From a bacterium (GTDB lineage Bacteria; Patescibacteriota; Minisyncoccia; Minisyncoccales; GWA2-46-15), in the NCBI GenBank assembly GCA_030693425.1, contig JAUYAM010000002.1:384632-448631 (forward strand): 64,000 nucleotides of DNA, read 5' to 3'. The position numbers were made by a program, and so were the translations under genes. How positions within the stretch are numbered: the stretch's first letter is position 1; every line of letters begins with the position of its first letter. The notes beneath the pieces were generated by a model. The model was not told the DNA's origin. It ran no database searches and saw nothing but the letters and a program-made list of their open reading frames with translations. Shown piece by piece: positions 19,581-28,440 of this stretch.

Positions 19581-20315
19581 TCAAGTTATTTCAATCTCTC
19601 TGAAAACTGTTTTCATAGAAACGTTCTCCCTCGGGGCAGAAATATCTTTCTGGGGAATCAAGAATACTTTCCTGATTAAATTAACAATTTGGTGGATATC
19701 TTCAAGTTTTTGCTCCAACTCCAGACCTTTCGCAGAAAAGTTCACAGGCAGGTTTAAGTCAACGGGAATATCTTTGTCAATGTGTATTTTCTTGTTCGGG
19801 TCTATATTCAGCATGTCTTTTAAAGGAATTTCCATATCTATCTTGAAATTATCATCAATGGGAATATCCAAGCTGACCGGCACTTTTACAGATACGGGGA
19901 TATCCATATCCAAGGAAAAAGGAACTTCAATCGGATAAATGCCGTAAAAAGGAACATTTATGTTTACAGTAACTTTTTGGTCCCCTTTTACGGGAACTTT
20001 GGTATTTACCTCAAATTCTTTTTCAATATGAAAGGTTTTGTTTATAGGAACATACTGATCTATTTTAACCGTCTGGGGCAGAATTTCATTCAAATCAATA
20101 ATGTCTTTTAAAAACATATCCAGTTTAATGGGTATGATTTGGTTAATAGCAATGTTTGCTGAAATTCCGGGGTCAATTAAAGAAGATATTTGTTTGTCTA
20201 TTGAGTCGCAAATAAAAGAAACCTGGCGCCTGACATAGAAAAATCCGCCTCCTATTACCAATAGAACCACTATGCCAATAATAACGGATAATAATGACAG
20301 TGATTTTAAGTTCAT
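19581..20315 (-). CDS. N-terminally anchored repeat protein (DIPV/PV-rich), intact paralog
   Basis: One TM then repeated ..VPV..DIPV.. units; close paralog at 30056-30691. Confidence 0.65.
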   Translation of the reverse strand: MNLKSLSLLSVIIGIVVLLVIGGGFFYVRRQVSFICDSIDKQISSLIDPGISANIAINQIIPIKLDMFLKDIIDLNEILPQTVKIDQYVPINKTFHIEKEFEVNTKVPVKGDQKVTVNINVPFYGIYPIEVPFSLDMDIPVSVKVPVSLDIPIDDNFKIDMEIPLKDMLNIDPNKKIHIDKDIPVDLNLPVNFSAKGLELEQKLEDIHQIVNLIRKVFLIPQKDISAPRENVSMKTVFREIEIT

Positions 20316-20355
20316 ATAGATTATTCTATCAAAAACTCGTTTTTCCGGCGACTTT
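20313..20355 (-). promoter_or_regulatory. Junction module copy 2 (degenerate) with leaderless -10
   Basis: Minus strand GAAAGTCGCCGGAAAAACGAGTTTTTGATAGAATAATCTAT-ATG. Confidence 0.5.
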
Positions 20356-20439
20356 CAATCATAGGCGTTTGTGCTAGGCTAAGCCTCGCACAACATACAT
20401 ACATACCATCTATCATCCAATTTTTACAATACCATATTT

Positions 20440-20483
20440 AAAAATAAAGAGGCCTCTCGGGAACCGAAATTCCTAAGAGGCCT
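20440..20483 (-). terminator. Intrinsic terminator after the 182-aa ORF
   Basis: Stem AGGCCTCT/AGAGGCCT (20476-20483 / 20450-20457) followed by CTTTATTTTT on the minus strand. Confidence 0.65.
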
Positions 20484-20501
20484 ACGATCGAGAGGGTCAA
20501 A

Positions 20502-21050
20502 CTACTTGCGCTGACGCACCAGCCGGCCACGGGAATCCCAGTCGCACCCAAGCAAGAAGAAGTTCAGATCACACATCCCGCCGCGCCAACAGAGGTAAGG
20601 CACGTAGAGGTTGTCATCTGGGTGGCGCCAAACCGTTCCGGCAAAGATGAGACAGAACTTCTGCCATTCTGCCGGAATCTCATTGTGATGTTCCAACAGA
20701 TACTCGGCATGACGCTGGCCGAGATTAGCGCCAAGCTCTTTGGCACGCCTGCGTACCTCCTCGCTGGAGATATACTTCTCGTTCTTTCCCAGAAAAGAGA
20801 CGAGTTCCAAGTTGGCGATGGCAATAGGCCAAGGCAATTGTGCATTCTCGATGACATCCCATCCACTCTTGGCCAGATCGCGAGAGAAAGCAGGAGTGCC
20901 ACCGAAACAACCCTCGATAGCCTTTTGTAGATGGAGCTTAAGCTCCTCCGGGTCGAATGGATAACCATTCGGTTGCCGGAGCTGACGCTTAATCTCCAAC
21001 AGTTGGCCATCTAATCCATAATACTGACCGCCTGTGACAATTGTTGCCAT
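20502..21050 (-). CDS. Hypothetical protein, compositionally foreign (GC-rich, strong SD)
   Basis: Visibly GC-richer than its AT-rich flanks; GGAAGGAGG Shine-Dalgarno, unlike neighbouring leaderless genes. Confidence 0.65.
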   Translation of the reverse strand: MATIVTGGQYYGLDGQLLEIKRQLRQPNGYPFDPEELKLHLQKAIEGCFGGTPAFSRDLAKSGWDVIENAQLPWPIAIANLELVSFLGKNEKYISSEEVRRRAKELGANLGQRHAEYLLEHHNEIPAEWQKFCLIFAGTVWRHPDDNLYVPYLCWRGGMCDLNFFLLGCDWDSRGRLVRQRK

Positions 21051-21215
21051 GACGATCCTCCTTCCGTTCTTGCTGGCTTTAAAATTTAAGAGGTTTCCTC
21101 ACCAGCAAATACTATTTATAATAGACACTAAAATATTAAATCTGTCAATAGTAATATTAATATAGAACAACCGAGGCCTCTCGGTTTCTTGCATTTCAAG
21201 ACACGGAAGTGGCTC

Positions 21216-21260
21216 ATAAAAAATGTTGACTGCGGGCTGACTCGGTCTAGAACCTGCCCC
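21216..21260 (-). repeat. tRNA-trailer-like motif copy R6 with tRNA-3'-half-like extension
   Basis: Minus strand GGTTCTAGACCGAGTCAGCCCGCAGTCAACATTTTTTAT. Confidence 0.8.
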
Positions 21261-21271
21261 AATGTCTGTCG

Positions 21272-21288
21272 TTGACGACTGTCGTCAA
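21272..21288. repeat. Palindrome TTGACGACTGTCGTCAA (copy 2), inside a 35-nt insertion (21265-21299)
   Basis: The insertion is absent from the paralogous sequence at 29964-30020. Confidence 0.8.
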
Positions 21289-21395
21289 TTGTTATTATAG
21301 CGTATTTTAAGAGGTTTTTGGGCCTTGGCCAGTGTCTCGTTTGAGGTGTCTCGGTCCTCCTCCGCCAAGGCTTCGGAAGGATAAATCGGGGCGTT

Positions 21396-21441
21396 TATTC
21401 GAGAAATGAGTCACGGAAAAAGGTATTTTAGCGTGTCTCAT
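21396..21441 (-). repeat. ATGAGACAC hairpin family, copy A1 (overlaps mltG stop codon)
   Basis: Minus strand ATGAGACAC-N18-GTGACTCAT. Confidence 0.7.
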
Positions 21442-22400
21442 TTTAAGTATTCTTCGATGTTTTGCAGGTGCTCTTCGTAAGTTTTGGCAAGATGAATTTG
21501 TCCCTCGCTATCGTGCAAATAATAGAGATATTCGCTATCTTCCGAGTTGATCACCGCATTAATTGCCGCCAATCCCGGGTTGCAGATGGGCGAGGGCGGC
21601 CGTCCCTTGTGGATATAGGTATTATACGGCGAATCAAACTTATAATCCTCCGGTTTTATGGCCGGCCACCAATTTTCCGGATCTCCTAACGCATATTGCA
21701 CGGTTGCGTCTATTTGGAATGGCATGTCTTTTAGCCACCTGTTCCAGATTACTCCGGCGATAATCGGCATCTCCTCATCGTTGGCGGCTTCTCTCTGCAC
21801 TAACGAAGCTAAAACTATCAAAGTGTCGTTTCTTATATCTTTTTCTGCAGCTTTTTTAAAGAGATCGGCAGTCTTTTCATTGAATTGGCTTTCCATTCTC
21901 TTTGCGACATCCCCGCCTGTAAAATCCAAATCCAGAAGATAAGTATCCGGAAAACTGTAGCCCTCGCGAATATTCAAAAGAAATTCGGCTTTTGCCGTAT
22001 TGCTCCAGTTAAGCTTCTCCTGCAATTTTTCTGCGATTTCCGCCGCTCTTAATCCTTCGGGTATCGCTACCCATTTCTGATACGGATGGTTGATCAATAC
22101 CTCTGCCAACTGCCAAGCGTTCATGGCTTTGGAAACTATGTATCCGCCCGGCTCTATTTTTCCTTGCCACTCCTTTTTTCTTAGTACGTAATTAAATGCC
22201 CACTCGCTTCTGATATAGCCCTGGCTTTTAAGTTTCGGGGTAAGATCTGCTTCGGCGGTGGTTAGATTAATAACGATTCTTTCTTTCTCCGTTGTTTTTT
22301 GCGGCGCCGCAAACTGCCTTTGATAGACGAAAAAGGCGACACCGGATGCCGCCGCAATTATCGTTACAGCGATGGTTGCAATTATTTTATTTCTGCCCAT
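21438..22400 (-). CDS. mltG: Endolytic murein transglycosylase MltG (YceG-like)
   Basis: N-terminal TM; LASLVQREA and PPSPICNPG motifs. Confidence 0.85.
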   Translation of the reverse strand: MGRNKIIATIAVTIIAAASGVAFFVYQRQFAAPQKTTEKERIVINLTTAEADLTPKLKSQGYIRSEWAFNYVLRKKEWQGKIEPGGYIVSKAMNAWQLAEVLINHPYQKWVAIPEGLRAAEIAEKLQEKLNWSNTAKAEFLLNIREGYSFPDTYLLDLDFTGGDVAKRMESQFNEKTADLFKKAAEKDIRNDTLIVLASLVQREAANDEEMPIIAGVIWNRWLKDMPFQIDATVQYALGDPENWWPAIKPEDYKFDSPYNTYIHKGRPPSPICNPGLAAINAVINSEDSEYLYYLHDSEGQIHLAKTYEEHLQNIEEYLK

Positions 22401-22437
22401 GAAGAAATTAATCTGTTTTTCTTGATTTTAGCGCAAA

Positions 22438-22482
22438 ATGAGACAAATGAGACACGGAAGCGGGGTTTTGGTAGTGTCTCAT
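22438..22482 (-). repeat. ATGAGACAC hairpin family, copy A2
   Basis: Minus strand ATGAGACAC-N18-GTGTCTCAT-TTGTCTCATTTTGCGCTAAAAT. Confidence 0.8.
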
Positions 22483-22484
22483 TA

Positions 22485-23666
22485 TCACACAAGACTGTGC
22501 TTTTGAGCAAACTTATCTATCCTATCAAAAGCCTCGTGAATTAACTTGGCATCTGCGGCAAAGGACATCCGCAAATGGTTTTTGCCGGCCGGCCCCATGC
22601 TATCTCCGGGAATTGTAATCACCTTGGCTTCATCAACCAGCCTCTTGGCAAAATCAAGAGCTGGCATATCAAAACCGACTATTCTTGGGAAAGCATAATA
22701 TGCTCCATCGGGCCAGGAAAATGCAAACAGTTTGGGCAATCTTTCTAATCTCTCACAAATTGCCTGTCTTGATTCGGTAAACTTCGTTTTGAAATAACTG
22801 ATTGCTTCTTCGCCACGAGGATCAGATAGAGCGGCGATGGAGGCGACGATGGAAGGCGTTGATGGACTAATGCTGAAATAGGTATGGACGTCGTTGATCT
22901 TTGAGATAATCTCGGCGTTGGCATAAACATAGCCGATTCTCCAGCCGGTCATGGCAAACTCTTTGGAAAAGCTCTTGCAGACAATGAGGTTGTTTCTCAA
23001 TTCCGGAATCTGCAGCGGGCTGAATAATTCTTTGCCATAAGTTAAAAAGTCGTAGGCCTCGTCGAGAACAAGGATTAAATTGTTCTTCAAAATAATGTCT
23101 GACAACCTCCTAATTTCTGCCTCACTCAAAACCGTTCCGGTCGGGTTATTTGGATTGGTCAGAATGACCATTCTTGTCTTTGGGGTGATCGCTTTTTCCA
23201 GTCTTCCTAAATCGATGGACCAATTATTATTCTCGTCGTAGGAAACAAAGACCGGTTTGGCTTGGGCCAAACGAATCTGCGAAAGATGAAGAGGATAACT
23301 CGGATCAAAGTAAATAACTTCATCGTCTTTTTCCAAAAAAGCCATGATGGCTGAAAACAGTCCTCCGATTCCGCCCACGGTGAGATAAGTTTCTTCCAGT
23401 TTTGGCGCAAAACCATGTTTTCTCTCAACCTTTTTAATTATCAGTGTTTTCAATTCGTTTTCAATCTTAGGCAAAGAGTATTGGCCGATTGTCGGATCAG
23501 ACTTTGATCTCACGTGAAGATAATCATAAATAAACTGGGGTGTCGGAAAAAGCGGCGTCCCCTGGCCGAGAGAAATAACATCCGGATATTTTGCCGCATA
23601 TCGCATCATTGCGCCGATACCGGCATTGGGCACATTTTGCACTCGCTGAGTGAATTTATAGTCCAT
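22485..23666 (-). CDS. Class I/II PLP-dependent aminotransferase
   Basis: NPNNPTG and SFSKEFAMTGWRIGY (PLP lysine) motifs. Confidence 0.9.
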   Translation of the reverse strand: MDYKFTQRVQNVPNAGIGAMMRYAAKYPDVISLGQGTPLFPTPQFIYDYLHVRSKSDPTIGQYSLPKIENELKTLIIKKVERKHGFAPKLEETYLTVGGIGGLFSAIMAFLEKDDEVIYFDPSYPLHLSQIRLAQAKPVFVSYDENNNWSIDLGRLEKAITPKTRMVILTNPNNPTGTVLSEAEIRRLSDIILKNNLILVLDEAYDFLTYGKELFSPLQIPELRNNLIVCKSFSKEFAMTGWRIGYVYANAEIISKINDVHTYFSISPSTPSIVASIAALSDPRGEEAISYFKTKFTESRQAICERLERLPKLFAFSWPDGAYYAFPRIVGFDMPALDFAKRLVDEAKVITIPGDSMGPAGKNHLRMSFAADAKLIHEAFDRIDKFAQKHSLV

Positions 23667-23684
23667 GTTTAATTTTATAATATC

Positions 23685-24068
23685 TTAACCTTCTAAAACC
23701 GACTTTAGCTTCTCCAAGATTGCGATTTCAAATGGTTCTTCAATTTCCCCCTTATCAACCCATTCATAGTATTCAAGCTCTGTTATTGCATCATCTATTG
23801 TCTTATACGTATACCTTGCGTGATAGTTTCCATCTCTTGATGTCAATTCAAACATTTCGTTTTCCTTAAAACCAGTCATAACACATTCTGACCATTTACC
23901 GCTTCTGTTTTGATTTCTGTAAATAGTCCCCACTTTAACCGGCCACTCATTAGTTTCCTCCTTAACAAAAGAGTCTATCCAGAGCGGAGTATTGGCTGGA
24001 TTAAGCGGAAAGGCGAATGCTTCTTGAATCGGTTTTTTGATTTGAATAGCAAGCTTGTTCTCTTTCAT
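23685..24068 (-). CDS. SRPBCC/START-like small protein
   Basis: About 127 aa; pattern of a helix-grip fold family; weak. Confidence 0.4.
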   Translation of the reverse strand: MKENKLAIQIKKPIQEAFAFPLNPANTPLWIDSFVKEETNEWPVKVGTIYRNQNRSGKWSECVMTGFKENEMFELTSRDGNYHARYTYKTIDDAITELEYYEWVDKGEIEEPFEIAILEKLKSVLEG

Positions 24069-24131
24069 ATTTATTCACTTTATCAAAAAAGCCTGCCTAC
24101 CGGTAGGCAGGCGCCTTTCTGGCGACTTTTT
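24066..24131 (-). terminator. Junction module copy 3: GCCTGCC palindrome terminator + leaderless -10
   Basis: Minus strand AAAGTCGCCAGAAAGGCGC-CTGCCTACCGGTAGGCAGGC-TTTTTTGATAAAGTGAATAAAT-ATG; 11-bp perfect stem at 24091-24112. Confidence 0.7.
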
Positions 24132-24223
24132 AAAATCAATACATCTCGGTCTCTCACGTTTCGAGGCGCCGAAAGCGACTCATAGCGAGTAGAATACTTG
24201 ATATGTCGGGTGTTCCGCCCGCT

Positions 24224-24315
24224 ATAAAAAACGCTGATGGCGCCATGTACCACGTGGGGTACACGGCAGCCATGAACCCTACGTGGTTCATGGCGGGCTG
24301 ACTCGGTCTAGAACC
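24224..24315 (-). repeat. tRNA-trailer-like motif copy R5, split by a 51-nt double-hairpin insertion
   Basis: GGTTCTAGACCGAGTCAGCCCG (24315-24294), insertion 24243-24293 (stem CCATGAACC/GGTTCATGG), then CCATCAGCGTTTTTTAT. Confidence 0.7.
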
Positions 24316-27300
24316 GATTCTCAGATAGATATTCTTTCCATTCTCGGATTTTTTCGACAAGTCTTAAAGCGAAGGTGGAGACATTTGACGTCAAACTCTT
24401 TATCGCCTTAAATTCGCTCTCGCCACTAGCTGGCGGAGGGGCTACCGGTAACGGAAGTGGAGGCGGCAGAAAGCCGGTTCTTTGTTCGTCGTGATGTATA
24501 GTGGGCCAGAACATCGTGTCGGGATTGTACGCAGCAGACAAATCCCAAACATACAAAGAACCTCTTATCTTTATGTCATTTTTTACGGTGTCAAAATCCC
24601 AGTCGGAACTGGCAATCAACTCCACTTTCTTATCTTTGTCAACGTCGGCAATGGTCGCTGACGCCTCGGCCCATTCCTCAATCCCTAAAGGAGTGCCTCT
24701 CATCAATTGAAAATCCGTATCGCGCCAGGCGTATAAACCTCCCCCGCCACCAGAAAACCATTCTCCGGCTGTAGCCAAAATATCCGATTTTCCGTTCCCG
24801 CTGACGTCACCCATGATTGTCGAACGCCAATTGCCAAAAGAAGTTGCCTGGGGCGAACCGGAAAAAAGCTTACCGTCGTGATGAAAAAGATATGTCATAT
24901 ATTTACTTTCCCCGTGCTCGTAACGGCTGATGCCGATTTCCAAGTCGTTGTCGCCGTCAAGGTCTCCAAGAGAAGGCGAACCAATGAAATTAAATCCCTT
25001 CATTTGCGGCCAGCCAGGCAAAAGGTTCCCGGTTTTGTCAAAGACATAGACTCCGCCAGAATCCGGAGATTCATCATAATAACCCCGCGCCGAAGCAATC
25101 ACTATCTCGCTTAAGCCGTCCCCGTTTAAATCGCTGACTGACGGGCCAGAGTTTATTATGAGGCCGTGGATAGTAACGGGCCAGCCCGACAGCAAGGTGC
25201 CGTCTCGGTTAAATATCCTGATCTCGCTATTGTTGAGACTATTTTTAGGATCAGCTACTACTATTTCCAAATCCGGGTCATCGTCAAAATTCCCCACTGC
25301 CGGACCCGGTCCGCCGACATAGTCATAATAATTCTTATCCGGCAAAAGCCACTGAGCGATAATCTTTCCATTGTAATCAAGTACTGTCATTTTTCTCCCG
25401 CGCCCTTCATCGGGCTTAATAACTATTTCTTGCAGGCCATCGCCATTTAAATCAGCTGTTAGCATATAAAATCTGCTGACTCTGGACATTGCCAAGGATA
25501 TGGGTTGCTGCAATGGTTGACCATTAGATCCAAGAATATAAAGCCAAGGAGAATCATATTCTCCATTATTCACAAGAATAACAATTTCCTTCGCGCCGTC
25601 GTTATTAATATCTCCTATAAGAGGGTTCTCCGCTGTAAAGCCCCCACTAGCGCCCACAACGCTGAATCCGAATGACCAAAGAAGAGCTCCGTCGTACTTA
25701 TAGACATATATCTTGGGCGGATTTCCGTTTTTTAGAACTACTATTTCCTGGAAACCGTCGCCGTTAATGTCGCTGACCGCCGGTTCCAAAAAACCTCCCC
25801 AGTAATAACAATTACCCCCGCACTGTTCTTCTGGCACTTCCTCCCAGTTCACTCTTTTAGGCCAGCCTTTTTTCAACATTTTATCTAAGTAAACTCGTAA
25901 CACTTCCTCTTCGGCACCGCCGCTATAACTCAAAACAGCCTTGAGGGAATATCCGCCGGTCGGCAAACTCGTGGTATTCCAAACTTGGCCCGCAATCCGA
26001 GTCCAGACGGAAGCACCCGGCTTTAAATAGCTCCAGGATAAAGAATAGGCTTCGCTGAGATACACTTGTGCCTTAAGCTTAATTGAATCCCCGCTCCTTA
26101 TCACATCGGAACTGAGAGGAAAGAGAATATCCCACTTATTAACCTCAAAATAGCCGTAATCAAGGAAACTTTGGCCAGATTTGTCTTTGGCCGCCAGTTT
26201 TAAAATATATTTTCCGTCGGGAATTAAGTTAAGATTAAGCACATAGGATATCTTGAAATTAGGGGGAATCGGCGCGGTTGCCAAAACAATGAATTTTGAC
26301 GGATCGTAAGGGACAAGAGGAGCGTAGGAAATAGTGTAATTTTGAAGGTTTCCACCCTTGGCAAGGCCGCTGATGTTAATCGTGCCCCTCTTTTTGGTGG
26401 AAATAGGATTCAGTTTGACAATCGGCGGATATTTAGATTGAACCGCCTTTAGAACGTCGATTCTGCCCAGTCCTTGTTCGACGGGATGCAACAAAATATC
26501 TAAAGCAGTATTTCTCAAGGCATATTTTATATACAAAGGTTTCCAGGTAGGATGTTTCTGTTTTATCAGAGCCGCGGCGCCGGCAACGTGCGGAGTGGCC
26601 ATTGAAGTGCCGCTGATGGCAATATGTTTAGAATCCAGGCACTCTGCTTCTGGCAACCAGTCGTCCCACTGGGCAGCGCAGATATCAACTCCGGGCGCGA
26701 CAATATCTGGCTTCATAATAGATTTATTTTCCCAAAATACCGGCCCTTGAGAACTAAAATAAGAGGTGCCGTCTTGCTTGTCTGCGGCGCCGACAGTAAT
26801 GGCTTGCTTGGCTGTGCCAGGAGAACCAATAGTCGCAAAACCGCCGCTATTGCCCGCTGCCACGGCTGCTACTACTCCGGCGCCTACTGCATTGTCCACT
26901 GCCCGGGAAAGAGGATCATCAGGATTTCCTTCGGAAGCGCCCAAGCTAAGATTAATGACGTCTAAATGGTCTGACAAATTTCCGTCTTGATTCGGGTCCA
27001 TTGCCATTTCTATGCCCGCAATAACCCAGTCAAAATAGCCCGAGCCAAACTCGTCAAGAACTTTGTAAGCGTAAAGATTGGCGTCAGGCGCCACTCCTTT
27101 TAAGGCGCCTTTGCCAGCGGCAATGGCAGCCACGTGAGTGCCGTGCCCCATGTCGTCCATGGGATCTGCGTCATTATTGACAAAGTCATAGCCGCCAAGA
27201 ACCTTGCATCTTGCCCCCAAGCAGCCCCCCAATTCCCTGTTGGCATAGTCAACGCCGGTGTCAATGATGCCGATTGTTACCCCTTGGCCAGTGATTGAAC

Positions 27301-28054
27301 GCCCTTGTTGGTCTTTAAGTTTCCAAACCTTGTCAGCTTTGATCAAGGGCACGGAATCATATAAAAAAGCTTTGACTTTGTAGTTGGGGGAAACCTTATA
27401 ACCCTTGTTTTCTATTTTTTTTACCTCTTCGCCTGAAAGCTGGTCAACGCTCACGCCGTTGATGGCAACAGCAAATTTGTTCTTGACGCTGGCTTTGGGC
27501 GCCAAGAACTTAATCACGGACTCTGCCTGAATCTGCTCTTTTTTAATGAGGGCTGACTGGACAGAAAGCAAAGCTCTGGTGTTTTTGTCTTCCGATCCGA
27601 TGATATCGTTTATCTGCTTTTGCAAGGACTCCTTTTCTTTTTCAGTGACAGCTCTGTCCAAAGACTCTTCAAGGGAAAAAGTTTTCAGCCCTACGGCCTC
27701 TTCCCGCTCTGCCTTGACGGCTGCCAAGGGCTTTTCCTTAAACTCAATGATGTAACCCTTAAATTCCTCTACTTGTATTTCATATTTTTCCGACAGGTCT
27801 TTGGACAAAAACAACTCGTCGCCCAAAACCATGTCTGGCTGGCCATAACCCAGTAATGTTTTTTGGCCGTCAGGGCCTTTTAAAAAGATCCGCGATACTT
27901 CTTCTTGACTAACGCCAGAAGAAGCAGCCTCGTCTTGACTCAAGGCAAAAAATTCTTTGCCGTCTCTGATAAACCCGGAAGCCGACGGAACAAAACCGGA
28001 AAGCAAGAGGAAAACCAGGGAGGCAAAAGCAATAGACTTTTTGAGGTTTGTCAT
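24308..28054 (-). CDS. Giant secreted subtilase (S8) fused to FG-GAP/VCBS-type beta-propeller repeats
   Basis: Signal peptide; catalytic IIDTGVDY / HGTHVAAIAAG / GTSMATPHVAGAAAL; at least 8 repeats of D.NGDG..EIV type. Confidence 0.9.
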   Translation of the reverse strand: MTNLKKSIAFASLVFLLLSGFVPSASGFIRDGKEFFALSQDEAASSGVSQEEVSRIFLKGPDGQKTLLGYGQPDMVLGDELFLSKDLSEKYEIQVEEFKGYIIEFKEKPLAAVKAEREEAVGLKTFSLEESLDRAVTEKEKESLQKQINDIIGSEDKNTRALLSVQSALIKKEQIQAESVIKFLAPKASVKNKFAVAINGVSVDQLSGEEVKKIENKGYKVSPNYKVKAFLYDSVPLIKADKVWKLKDQQGRSITGQGVTIGIIDTGVDYANRELGGCLGARCKVLGGYDFVNNDADPMDDMGHGTHVAAIAAGKGALKGVAPDANLYAYKVLDEFGSGYFDWVIAGIEMAMDPNQDGNLSDHLDVINLSLGASEGNPDDPLSRAVDNAVGAGVVAAVAAGNSGGFATIGSPGTAKQAITVGAADKQDGTSYFSSQGPVFWENKSIMKPDIVAPGVDICAAQWDDWLPEAECLDSKHIAISGTSMATPHVAGAAALIKQKHPTWKPLYIKYALRNTALDILLHPVEQGLGRIDVLKAVQSKYPPIVKLNPISTKKRGTINISGLAKGGNLQNYTISYAPLVPYDPSKFIVLATAPIPPNFKISYVLNLNLIPDGKYILKLAAKDKSGQSFLDYGYFEVNKWDILFPLSSDVIRSGDSIKLKAQVYLSEAYSLSWSYLKPGASVWTRIAGQVWNTTSLPTGGYSLKAVLSYSGGAEEEVLRVYLDKMLKKGWPKRVNWEEVPEEQCGGNCYYWGGFLEPAVSDINGDGFQEIVVLKNGNPPKIYVYKYDGALLWSFGFSVVGASGGFTAENPLIGDINNDGAKEIVILVNNGEYDSPWLYILGSNGQPLQQPISLAMSRVSRFYMLTADLNGDGLQEIVIKPDEGRGRKMTVLDYNGKIIAQWLLPDKNYYDYVGGPGPAVGNFDDDPDLEIVVADPKNSLNNSEIRIFNRDGTLLSGWPVTIHGLIINSGPSVSDLNGDGLSEIVIASARGYYDESPDSGGVYVFDKTGNLLPGWPQMKGFNFIGSPSLGDLDGDNDLEIGISRYEHGESKYMTYLFHHDGKLFSGSPQATSFGNWRSTIMGDVSGNGKSDILATAGEWFSGGGGGLYAWRDTDFQLMRGTPLGIEEWAEASATIADVDKDKKVELIASSDWDFDTVKNDIKIRGSLYVWDLSAAYNPDTMFWPTIHHDEQRTGFLPPPLPLPVAPPPASGESEFKAIKSLTSNVSTFALRLVEKIREWKEYLSENRF

Positions 28055-28150
28055 GTTTTTAAAAGGTTAATTTGTATTTACGGAGCGAAAACGCAGTTTT
28101 CTGCCCTTAGTTTATCTTAACCAATAGTACAAAAAATACAAGAAAAAACC

Positions 28151-28214
28151 AAAAAAGCCTGCCTACCGCCTGCCTGCCGGCAGGCAGGGTAGGCAGGCGC
28201 CTTTCTGGCGACTT
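28151..28214 (-). terminator. Junction module copy 4 with expanded GCCTGCC palindrome
   Basis: About 21-bp stem at 28157-28198 (GCCTGCCTACCGCCTGCCTGCC/GGCAGGCAGG-GTAGGCAGGC), flanked by GCGCCTTTCTGGCGAC and a T-run on the minus strand. Confidence 0.7.
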
Positions 28215-28325
28215 TAGAAACTTTTTCATCTCTCGATCCTTCAATAAATTCAGGTCTTCGGCTCAGGCTCGAAGAGATGGTGAACCATTCGGCCCCGAGC
28301 TCATGGCCGAGGGGCTCGCCGAACC

Positions 28326-28367
28326 ATAAAAAATGTTGGCTGCGGTGCGTATTTGAAAAAATCCGAA
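28326..28367 (-). repeat. tRNA-trailer-like motif copy R4 fused to TTTTCAAATACGCACCGC box
   Basis: Minus strand TTCGGATTTTTTCAAATACGCACCGCAGCCAACATTTTTTAT; the box recurs at 32496-32520 and 35131-35152. Confidence 0.75.
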
Positions 28368-28440
28368 TCCTTTTTTCTATAGCTTTGCTAAATCAGTTCT
28401 TTAATTAACTTTTCCTTGATTTCCGCCCCGAGAGCATAAC

